From IMG/VR virus record IMGVR_UViG_3300020231_000201: a stretch of 20,000 nucleotides of DNA; one strand, given 5' to 3'. This document shows, one piece after another, positions 8,781-15,816 of the stretch. The first letter of the stretch is position 1, and each line of letters begins with the position of its first letter. A program made the position numbers and the translations under genes. The DNA is from an uncultured virus (IMG/VR IMGVR_UViG_3300020231_000201) (Duplodnaviria; Heunggongvirae; Uroviricota; Caudoviricetes). Below the pieces are notes generated by a model. The model was not told the DNA's origin and ran no database searches. It saw only the letters and a program-made list of their open reading frames with translations.

Positions 8781-9094
8781 TGGTAGACAAAAACACCAAT
8801 CGAATTTTATTAATTGCTGGTTTAGTGCTTTTGTTTATCGGATGGCTTAGTGTCTTTACTGGATTTGCAGGATTCATTCTTGCAGAAGATTTTGAATTCT
8901 TCATAGAAATTGAAGATATGCTTTTGATTAAACAGGTAATTACAGAAGAATCAATTCAATTCCAAATGGGAATTAGAATAATCTTTGGGTTCTTGTTCAT
9001 ATTTCTTGGAAACCAGTTCCTACTCTCAAGTAATTTGGTTAGAGAACGGTTTTGTAGACCATGTATAGATGATGTGAGGAATTTAAAAAAATGA
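8780..9094 (+). CDS. 2-TM protein with C-terminal CxxC
   Basis: Two hydrophobic helices, then FCRPC. Confidence 0.7.
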   Translation: MVDKNTNRILLIAGLVLLFIGWLSVFTGFAGFILAEDFEFFIEIEDMLLIKQVITEESIQFQMGIRIIFGFLFIFLGNQFLLSSNLVRERFCRPCIDDVRNLKK

Positions 9095-9171
9095 CTTGTA
9101 ATTGCTACAAAGATCTAAATCCAGATGAGCCTCCACACGATCCTAAAATATGCGAGTGTGATTGCCATTGA
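9091..9171 (+). CDS. 26-aa metallothionein-like peptide
   Basis: MTCNCYKDLNPDEPPHDPKICECDCH; overlaps both neighbours. Confidence 0.6.
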   Translation: MTCNCYKDLNPDEPPHDPKICECDCH

Positions 9172-9449
9172 CAAGATTAGGTGGCTTTGGATTTTTAGAT
9201 AAACGACATTGTGAAAAGACTTCTTTTATAACTTTTGGTGCATTTGTTGTAGTAATTGTTTTATCAATCATGTTTGTTCAGGCAAACATTCCTGAAACAG
9301 ATGTTTTTGGTTTGTTTGATGAACCGATTTCCTATTTAGCAATTGCAGTAGCTTTCACTGTTGGAGGTTATCTAGGAGTTTTGTACTACAGATATGCCAA
9401 TAAAAAAAGACCACTGTTTATATTAAAATTCTGGAGTGCAGAAGCATAA
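9162..9449 (+). CDS. 2-TM protein
   Basis: Two hydrophobic helices in 95 aa. Confidence 0.7.
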   Translation: MPLTRLGGFGFLDKRHCEKTSFITFGAFVVVIVLSIMFVQANIPETDVFGLFDEPISYLAIAVAFTVGGYLGVLYYRYANKKRPLFILKFWSAEA

Positions 9450-9727
9450 TGACTTCCACGTTCCCAAAAATAGCATCAGTATCGTTTTTCATAGGAATAT
9501 TATTTTTTGCTGGTGGAATATTTTTCCCGAACACATTTGACATTACAATACCTGAAAGAGAACCAAAAGCTTGTATTGCAATATTTCCAATTCCCCAAGA
9601 GTGCTTACCAAATGTAATTGATGGTTGGTTTGCAGTTGGAGTTACCTTCTTTTTGATCGGTGGGTTTTACTTTGTAAAGTCAAACAATGTAACCCTAAAG
9701 GATTTCAAGAAGATATGGAAACGTTAG
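9449..9727 (+). CDS. 2-TM protein with Cys-Pro loop
   Basis: TM - PKACIAIFPIPQEC - TM. Confidence 0.7.
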   Translation: MTSTFPKIASVSFFIGILFFAGGIFFPNTFDITIPEREPKACIAIFPIPQECLPNVIDGWFAVGVTFFLIGGFYFVKSNNVTLKDFKKIWKR

Positions 9728-9981
9728 AATTTAAAATTGTAAAGACGATCTTTGCAGTTGCATTTATGAGCATGATGTATCTAGTGATGGTATTTGGGTT
9801 TCAGATTATTGACGGTGAAAAACCTGACACATTAATGAGAATGATATTTGGAATTGTATCATTTGTAATGATGTGGATGGCTTATTCCAAAATTGAAAGA
9901 TTTGCTAAAGAAATTTTAGGTCAAAGTAAAAAGAATCTCGAAAAAGGTGGGGGATTGGAAGATAATTCACTACAAGATTAA
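9715..9981 (+). CDS. Met-rich 2-TM protein
   Basis: METLEFKIVK...; ATG 9715 preferred to track start 9625. Confidence 0.7.
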   Translation: METLEFKIVKTIFAVAFMSMMYLVMVFGFQIIDGEKPDTLMRMIFGIVSFVMMWMAYSKIERFAKEILGQSKKNLEKGGGLEDNSLQD

Positions 9982-10044
9982 CCTCTATCCGAATTTTATT
10001 TTACCTTGATGTTAATTACCATCTTTTTTCATTGATCAACCATA

Positions 10045-10278
10045 ATGAGCAGCAAAACTTGTCTTGGTTCATGTCAAAATTATAGAGCTTTAAAGCCTGC
10101 TGATAATCAAAGCAGATACGAATTAGGTCAAAGGAGATGTACGAAGTGTGGAATTTTTATGACATGGGCAGGAAATTGGTGTCCTTGTTGTGGTTTTAGA
10201 TTAAGAACCAAGTCACATTCAAGTAAAAGTAAAAGGGAAGGGAGTGCTATTTTAGATCATAAGAGAAATGCCTACTAG
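10045..10278 (+). CDS. Zn-binding protein, Cx3C...RYxxGQxRCxxC...WxGxxCPCC family, paralogue A
   Basis: Motif shared with 18545..18763; resembles a small family I recall from Nitrosopumilus-type archaea (not searched). Confidence 0.8.
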   Translation: MSSKTCLGSCQNYRALKPADNQSRYELGQRRCTKCGIFMTWAGNWCPCCGFRLRTKSHSSKSKREGSAILDHKRNAY

Positions 10279-10768
10279 ATCAATTACAGCAGCAGAATTT
10301 GGAGCTAGAAATCCACAAGCCAAAGGCGTATTCAGAACTACAAAGAAAGGCCAAAAAATCTTTATCGCTTTTGAAAAGAAACACAAATTCCCACAAGGTA
10401 ATGGAATAAGAATTTTGTTTGGTAGAAAGAAAGGTTCTGATATAACTGGGGAATTAATTTCAATTAAACGAGCTCAAGAAAGAGCAGAAAGAAAGGAAGG
10501 AATAAAACGTGGTGTTGGATTATTTGATAATCCTTTGGCTTCAAATCCAAAAGTTGTAGGCGTTAGAAGGATTGTAAGAAAAACACAACTTGAAACACAA
10601 ATTAAAAAATTCCAACAAGGTAAAATTAGAAAACTTAGTAAGAGTGCATTACTAAAAGTACAAAGAAGAGGAGGGGGAAAAATAACTGGAGTAATAGTTC
10701 AAAATCAGAATCAGAAACTTTTAGGATCGGGTATGATTCTTACAGGAAAAATTATCAAAAAGATATAA
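10268..10768 (+). CDS. Highly basic Gly/Lys-rich protein
   Basis: 166-aa ORF, K/R/G-rich, Cys-free. Confidence 0.75.
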   Translation: MPTRSITAAEFGARNPQAKGVFRTTKKGQKIFIAFEKKHKFPQGNGIRILFGRKKGSDITGELISIKRAQERAERKEGIKRGVGLFDNPLASNPKVVGVRRIVRKTQLETQIKKFQQGKIRKLSKSALLKVQRRGGGKITGVIVQNQNQKLLGSGMILTGKIIKKI

Positions 10769-11001
10769 TGAAACCCATACTGATCTATTTCAAAAAATCA
10801 GGTGTTGTTGTCGAAAAATGGATAATTGGTGGAGGAACAAAAGTAGGGTTCGCAGTACTACAAAAAACAAAACAGCCTGAAAATATTAATTGTGAAGCAC
10901 ATGAAAATATGTTGGATATTGAATTTACCAATGAAGGAATCTTTTGTAAAACTTGTGGAGTAAAACTAAAATTAATTCCTCAATGGATTGTTGGTAGTTG
11001 A
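10768..11001 (+). CDS. Small Zn-ribbon protein
   Basis: CEAH...FCKTCG; coupled. Confidence 0.7.
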   Translation: MKPILIYFKKSGVVVEKWIIGGGTKVGFAVLQKTKQPENINCEAHENMLDIEFTNEGIFCKTCGVKLKLIPQWIVGS

Positions 11002-11126
11002 GTTATTGTCATTCTCCACATTGGGAGGATGCTGATTTTGGAGAAGAACACAAACGAGTTAGAAGAAAAAATCAATGTCTTTGTGAAGACTGTCAATATT
11101 TTTATCAAACAGGAAAGTATAAGTAA
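10998..11126 (+). CDS. 42-aa Cys/His microprotein
   Basis: MSYCHSPHW...QCLCEDCQYFYQTGKYK; TTGA coupling. Confidence 0.6.
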   Translation: MSYCHSPHWEDADFGEEHKRVRRKNQCLCEDCQYFYQTGKYK

Positions 11127-11171
11127 TAAATTCTTATAAATTCTTTTAAAGAACCACTATAATATTTCTTA

Positions 11172-11291
11172 TTGACAAAATGTGATAACTGCAAAGAGAG
11201 TTTTCATTCAAGATGCACAGGAGGAAATTGTGATTGCAAACATCAGGCTATCGGAGCTGGTGATTCTCCAAACAATTTAATGACAACTTGA
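11172..11291 (+). CDS. 39-aa Cys-rich microprotein
   Basis: MTKCDNCKESFHSRCTGGNCDCKH...; TTTTAAA at 11144-11150 lies upstream at leaderless spacing. Confidence 0.6.
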   Translation: MTKCDNCKESFHSRCTGGNCDCKHQAIGAGDSPNNLMTT

Positions 11292-11440
11292 CTGAAAAAA
11301 AAGAAGAATTTACTTTTGAGTTTGAAGATATCCCAAAAGAGAAATATAACGAATTAGAATCTTTACTGATTAAATATATGGACACAAAAATAACAAGAGA
11401 AGAATATTTGGATAAAGTAGAGGAACTACTAAATGATTGA
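11288..11440 (+). CDS. 50-aa acidic protein
   Basis: MTEKKEEFTFEFED...; TTGA-coupled. Confidence 0.6.
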   Translation: MTEKKEEFTFEFEDIPKEKYNELESLLIKYMDTKITREEYLDKVEELLND

Positions 11441-11564
11441 TGATCCTTATCTTCTTGAAAGGATTGATGATTTCAAAAAGTTAGTTCGCATTTATTTTGA
11501 AAAGAACTTCGATCAGGAGTTTGCAGAGGAATCCGTGTTCATTTTGAATACAATAGAAACGTAA
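11433..11564 (+). CDS. 43-aa acidic protein
   Basis: MIDDPYLLERIDDFKK...; overlaps the previous stop. Confidence 0.55.
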   Translation: MIDDPYLLERIDDFKKLVRIYFEKNFDQEFAEESVFILNTIET

Positions 11565-11565
11565 T

Positions 11566-11573
11566 TTTTAAAA
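11566..11573 (+). promoter_or_regulatory. TATA box (TTTTAAAA) for the putative ncRNA
   Basis: Would place the transcription start near 11595-11597, at the base of hairpin 1. Confidence 0.5.
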
Positions 11574-11594
11574 CCAACCGGTAATAGGAATAAC

Positions 11595-11938
11595 TGGTGG
11601 ATGGGAGATCATTATTTGGCTAAGATTACCTCCTGTATTTTTTGCCAGGTGATGTGAACCCATTCATCATCGTCTACCAAAGCGACCTAAAGCTTTTGTT
11701 ATTGTATTTGAATCGTAAAAATAAGAGTGTAGTCGAATAGGTTGGCGTAGATAAAGGCACTATTCATTCGGAGGCTACACTCTTTTTTCTTTGACCTCCA
11801 ATGTACGCTAATAGCATGGAAAGTATCAATTGAATAATGTAGGTAGCTGGGCATTTACTCTTATAGATCCCTACCCCCTGAACGGTAATTTTATAACTTC
11901 ATGGTCCTGACTATCGGGTAGGTCGATTCAAGAGTGGG
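11595..11938 (+). ncRNA. Putative structured non-coding RNA or RNAs with three long hairpins; family unknown
   Basis: Stems 11595-11605/11659-11669, 11723-11734/11773-11784, 11854-11862/11930-11938 and 11870-11876/11916-11922. G-U pairs favour the plus strand; no credible ORF; visibly more GC-rich than the flanks. Confidence 0.65.
11783..11792 (+). terminator. Possible oligo-T terminator after hairpin 2
   Basis: TTTTTTCTTT at the 3' base of a 12-bp stem. Confidence 0.35.
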
Positions 11939-11951
11939 AAATGATGCTTCT

Positions 11952-12248
11952 ATGATTGACGATAGAAAATATCCTATCGTTATGTTTGGAAACGAGATGT
12001 TTATGGAATTAGAGAAACATGACGATGAAAAAGGTCTAAAATTCTATAATATGTCAGTGGAGAAATTATTCAAATTACTTTACGAACAAAGCAATAACAG
12101 ATTAACAAACATTGAAAAAACAATCTTCAGGGAAGATATGCCATTAAAAGACATTGAAAAGAACTGTGTGCATATGGCAAATTACTTTTACTTCCTTTGG
12201 ACCGCAGCAAAAAAAATGAGGTATGAGATGAAGGAAAAAAACAAATGA
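11952..12248 (+). CDS. Hypothetical helical protein
   Basis: Track ORF 11934..12248; ATG 11952 preferred because GTG 11934 lies in the hairpin 3 stem. Confidence 0.7.
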   Translation: MIDDRKYPIVMFGNEMFMELEKHDDEKGLKFYNMSVEKLFKLLYEQSNNRLTNIEKTIFREDMPLKDIEKNCVHMANYFYFLWTAAKKMRYEMKEKNK

Positions 12249-12409
12249 AGAATGAATTAAAATGTTCTCAATGTGGAAAAGATTTACCTGAAGGAAGATA
12301 TGGTCATTGTTCAGAAGCTTGTAAGATAACGGAAGAAAACGAGGAAATAACATTAGCATTTTGTATTCCTAGACCTGCACAAAAAATTTCACAGGATGAG
12401 TGGATATAG
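12245..12409 (+). CDS. 54-aa Zn-ribbon protein (DUF2116-like spacing)
   Basis: KCSQCGKDLPEGRYGHCSEAC; ATGA-coupled. Confidence 0.7.
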   Translation: MKNELKCSQCGKDLPEGRYGHCSEACKITEENEEITLAFCIPRPAQKISQDEWI

Positions 12410-12764
12410 CAAATTGAATCATTTCGATGAAGACGAAATACTTGTTGATATTATCAGAATCGAAAAAGTCAAAAAAGAATATGGTTACAAGGCTATGGCT
12501 TTAATTGTTATTTTGATGGGAGGAGGGATTGTTTTATCAATGTTTACGAATTCAACAGAAGCACTTGTTGATGCACTTTTTACAGTAGATTCTGAGGTTG
12601 ATTCAATTTTTAATAACCTTGGATTAGGAATGGTAATTACAGGTTTCATATTCATGGTATTTTGTATTGTTAAACCAACGTGGTTAAAAATTGGTGAAGT
12701 CGAATATGAAAAAACTACAATAACAACTGAACGAGAATACAAGGAATTCAAGGAATTAAAATGA
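12396..12764 (+). CDS. 2-TM membrane protein
   Basis: Two hydrophobic helices in 122 aa. Confidence 0.7.
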   Translation: MSGYSKLNHFDEDEILVDIIRIEKVKKEYGYKAMALIVILMGGGIVLSMFTNSTEALVDALFTVDSEVDSIFNNLGLGMVITGFIFMVFCIVKPTWLKIGEVEYEKTTITTEREYKEFKELK

Positions 12765-12834
12765 ATGAAGTAAGAGAAAACATTTGGAAGTGTTTGGCTT
12801 TCTTATTTAATTTACAAAAGAAGGAAAAAAGGAT

Positions 12835-13044
12835 ATGAAGATAAAAACACTACATGAATTTTCAGGTGTTCCTAAAGGAACAACAGGAATTGCAGAAATT
12901 GAAGATAGACCTTTTTCAAAGAAAAAAATATGGAAAATTACTTGGGATAGTATTTCAAATTATAGAGGTATTCCATTTAAAAAAAGACTATTAGAAGATT
13001 GGTTTAGTGAAGATGAATTTAAACAGTATTTGGTGAAAATATGA
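12835..13044 (+). CDS. Small SH3-like beta-barrel protein
   Basis: GVPKGTTG...WKITWD...DWF pattern. Confidence 0.7.
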   Translation: MKIKTLHEFSGVPKGTTGIAEIEDRPFSKKKIWKITWDSISNYRGIPFKKRLLEDWFSEDEFKQYLVKI

Positions 13045-13099
13045 AACGCTTAAATAAAATTTTCAATATGAAATTACAAGGAGGTAGTAAATTCAAATA

Positions 13100-13402
13100 A
13101 TGTTAGAGCAAGATCCACCTAATTTCTATAATAAAAAAAGTAGGTTATTGAAGTTTATTCCATTAGTAATCATAGTTGTAGGTGGGTTAGTGGCAGGAGT
13201 TTTTGTAATTCCAATGTTTGAAGCTACTGGAGAAAACAAACAAGTTACTATTGGAGGAGAACCAAAAATACTATCAGAGTCAGAAGGAATTGAATTAGGT
13301 TTGAATCAGAATGATGAAATTCTATTAAAGATGGATAAGATAATCGAGGAACAACAATACCAACGACAACTTCTTGAAGAAATATATGATATGGAATCAT
13401 GA
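13100..13402 (+). CDS. Single-TM protein with acidic coiled-coil-like tail
   Basis: FIPLVIIVVGGLVAGVFVIPMF helix; AGGAGGT upstream. Confidence 0.7.
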   Translation: MLEQDPPNFYNKKSRLLKFIPLVIIVVGGLVAGVFVIPMFEATGENKQVTIGGEPKILSESEGIELGLNQNDEILLKMDKIIEEQQYQRQLLEEIYDMES

Positions 13403-13611
13403 TCGGTTCAAATAAGACAGGATATGCCATAGCAATTTTCATGTTTGCTAATGCAGTTTTTTTGGGTGCTACGAGTTTACTATCAGATGATATTTACTCT
13501 CAATTATTTATTTTATCTATTATGGGCTTGTTAATTATTGCAGGACTTTTAATGCTAAAAGAAATTGGGGAGCTGGAAAAAAGAAATGACAGTATCGAAG
13601 GATCTAAATAA
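13399..13611 (+). CDS. Small 2-TM protein
   Basis: Two hydrophobic helices; ATGA-coupled. Confidence 0.7.
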   Translation: MIGSNKTGYAIAIFMFANAVFLGATSLLSDDIYSQLFILSIMGLLIIAGLLMLKEIGELEKRNDSIEGSK

Positions 13612-13614
13612 AAA

Positions 13615-15207
13615 TTGAAAATTAAATTAGGTTTTGAAGTTTCAACAGGAAAACAAATAGACATCGATCTCTCACATTTAATTGCTACAGGTATTACACA
13701 ATTAGCAGGAAAAACAGTAACACTTGAATCACTACTTAAAAGAAGTGGATTAAACGGAATTGTATTTAAAACAAAAATTGGTGAACGAGGTTTTTCTGAT
13801 GGGAAAATAGTTGCACCTTATTTCAAAGAAAGATCTGATTATGAATTTGTAAAAAGTTTGATTGAAGCGTATTCAAGAGAAAAATTATATTTTGAAAAAG
13901 GAACATTAATGGAACTTTGTAAAGGATCTAATAATTTAAACGAAATCAAAGATAGGACTGATCAGAATCTTTTAAATCCAAAAACTAGAGGGATTAAAAG
14001 AGAAATTTACATAAGATTACAGCATTATCTTGAAGCAATAATTCCACAAATACAAAATGCAAACTTTACTTCAAAACTTGTAATAGAAAATGGAATTAAT
14101 ATAATGGATTTGGTAAAATTTACTGAAGAAGCACAGTCATTGATTATTGAAAGTGTAGTTTCTGAAGTATTAAAATCTAAAACAAAAACAATTATCGTAA
14201 TACCTGAAGCATGGAAATTTATTCCACAAAAATATAATAATCCATGTAAAAGAGTAGTTGAAAGCTTTATTCGACAAGGTGCTACAAATCAAAATTATAT
14301 TTGGATAGATAGTCAGGATATGGCAGGAGTAGATAAAATTCCATTAAAACAAATTTCTACCTGGATATTAGGATATCAATCTGAAAGAAATGAAGTAAAA
14401 CACACGCTGGACCAATTACCACCACCTGATAAAATTAAACCACAAGTTAAAGATATTATGACATTAGGTACTGGATTTTTTTATTATGCAAGTCGTGAAT
14501 TAACAACCAAAGTTTACGTTCAACCTTATTGGTTATCGGATGAACAAGCTAAACAAGTAGCAATTGGATCTATTAGTATAGAAGATGTTAAATCAAAACA
14601 ACCTAAAGAAGTAGAAATATTAGCTCCAACAATTCCTACAATTCCAACTAAAGATAAATCTGATGATTTAATGAACTATGTTGATAAGGTAGTTGGTGGA
14701 ATTCAACGACAAATCAATGAACTAAAGGAACAAATAAAAAAACCTGTAATCAATAAGGATGAAATTATTAAAGATATAGTTGCTAGAATCCCTAATACAG
14801 GAAATATTATTTATGAAATAGCACCATTAGAAAAAATTAAAAAAGACTTTTTGGAATCAGCTAAACAAAAGATTTTGCAGGATGTAAATACATTGAATGA
14901 TGAATCAAAACAAATGTTGAGATATTTAGAATCAAGGGGTGTAGGAACAAGTGTTAATGAATTAGCAATCAAATGCTTTCTTAAACCTCATGGTGCTAAT
15001 CCTTACAATAAATTTGTCAATGATTGTGGTAGGCAAATCAGCGATAAATTATTAGTAAAAAAACAAACAAATGGAAAATGGTTAGGAATCTTGAAAGATA
15101 GAATTAAAGATTTGCTAGAAGTCCATGAAGCATCTGAACAAGAGATTGATAATTTATACAATCATATCATAATGGAATTTCTAGCAAAAAAGGTTGAAGC
15201 AAAATGA
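13615..15207 (+). CDS. HerA/FtsK-superfamily-like P-loop ATPase with coiled coil and possible C-terminal winged helix
   Basis: HLIATGITQLAGKT (Walker A), IIVIPEAWKFIPQ (Walker B position), RQG and DSQ downstream motifs. Confidence 0.75.
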   Translation: MKIKLGFEVSTGKQIDIDLSHLIATGITQLAGKTVTLESLLKRSGLNGIVFKTKIGERGFSDGKIVAPYFKERSDYEFVKSLIEAYSREKLYFEKGTLMELCKGSNNLNEIKDRTDQNLLNPKTRGIKREIYIRLQHYLEAIIPQIQNANFTSKLVIENGINIMDLVKFTEEAQSLIIESVVSEVLKSKTKTIIVIPEAWKFIPQKYNNPCKRVVESFIRQGATNQNYIWIDSQDMAGVDKIPLKQISTWILGYQSERNEVKHTLDQLPPPDKIKPQVKDIMTLGTGFFYYASRELTTKVYVQPYWLSDEQAKQVAIGSISIEDVKSKQPKEVEILAPTIPTIPTKDKSDDLMNYVDKVVGGIQRQINELKEQIKKPVINKDEIIKDIVARIPNTGNIIYEIAPLEKIKKDFLESAKQKILQDVNTLNDESKQMLRYLESRGVGTSVNELAIKCFLKPHGANPYNKFVNDCGRQISDKLLVKKQTNGKWLGILKDRIKDLLEVHEASEQEIDNLYNHIIMEFLAKKVEAK

Positions 15208-15365
15208 GTATGGTGAAAACTAAAAGTCAAGTTATAGATGAAATGTTTAGCCTAAGTTGTTGTGCGTGTTTAGAAGATGCTAAATTTCAATGTCCTTTCT
15301 GTGATACTAAATTCTGTTCTAGTTGTTGGCAAGAACATAAAACCATCCATAAGGAATTGATCTAA
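15204..15365 (+). CDS. 53-aa B-box/HIT-like zinc finger
   Basis: CCACLEDAKFQCPFCDTKFCSSCWQEHKTIH; ATGA-coupled to the ATPase. Confidence 0.75.
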   Translation: MSMVKTKSQVIDEMFSLSCCACLEDAKFQCPFCDTKFCSSCWQEHKTIHKELI

Positions 15366-15599
15366 TTGATAATACATACAAACTTACACACTTTTTTACA
15401 TGATATTTATCGTCATGTAGTATTTCTTATACGATTACCATATCATGTGATATTTCATCATCAAGAATATGGTCATACAGTCAGAGGTTTTATTTTATGT
15501 GATGAACCTTGTGGTTACTGCTATGACGGTGGATATGCTTGTATGAATTGTCATAGATGTTATGATAATAGTAAATGGATAAGGTTGTTTGTGATATGA
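15366..15599 (+). CDS. His/Cys-rich small protein
   Basis: 9 His and 6 Cys in 77 aa. Confidence 0.6.
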   Translation: MIIHTNLHTFLHDIYRHVVFLIRLPYHVIFHHQEYGHTVRGFILCDEPCGYCYDGGYACMNCHRCYDNSKWIRLFVI

Positions 15600-15811
15600 A
15601 TCAATTAGAAAAAACGTTTCACGATTTAGTAATTCAGGCAGAGAATAACCAAAAAGCCCAAATGGAATTTAGTGTAGCCTATGATAATTCAAAATATCAT
15701 GGAATAGAAATGCCTGATGAAGTTGTTGAAGTTCTAGATTACGGTAGAGCAAAAATGACTTATGAAAGATTCATTGAAATCATGGATGAGGAATTAAAAA
15801 CTGGATCGTGA
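15575..15811 (+). CDS. Hypothetical acidic protein
   Basis: 78-aa ORF; alternative ATG at 15596 gives ATGA coupling. Confidence 0.65.
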   Translation: MDKVVCDMNQLEKTFHDLVIQAENNQKAQMEFSVAYDNSKYHGIEMPDEVVEVLDYGRAKMTYERFIEIMDEELKTGS

Positions 15812-15816
15812 TTAGG

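Noticed and set aside
6951..9981. Viral ammonia monooxygenase subunits
   Set aside because: No AmoA/B/C signature recognisable.
11569..11634. Minus-strand AGGAGGT followed by a 14-codon ORF
   Set aside because: SD-to-ATG spacing is about 14 nt and G-U pairs favour a plus-strand RNA; not fully excluded.
11608..11656. Spliced H1 would give a loop containing U-CAU, like a Met anticodon
   Set aside because: Positions 32 and 37 are atypical, the loop is not closed by a proper stem and there is no tRNA body; probably chance.
11870..11922. Three-way junction with CTGA suggesting a hammerhead ribozyme
   Set aside because: Lacks the CUGANGA and GAAA core.
11916..11935. T-loop-like GGTCGATTC suggesting a tRNA
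   Set aside because: No flanking 5-bp T stem, acceptor stem or D arm; no cloverleaf could be built.
11565..11951. CRISPR mini-array, TIGR array, SRP, RNase P or group I intron
   Set aside because: No regularly spaced repeats, no SRP helix-8 or RNase P P4 motif, and GACTA/TAGTC occur in the wrong order for P7.
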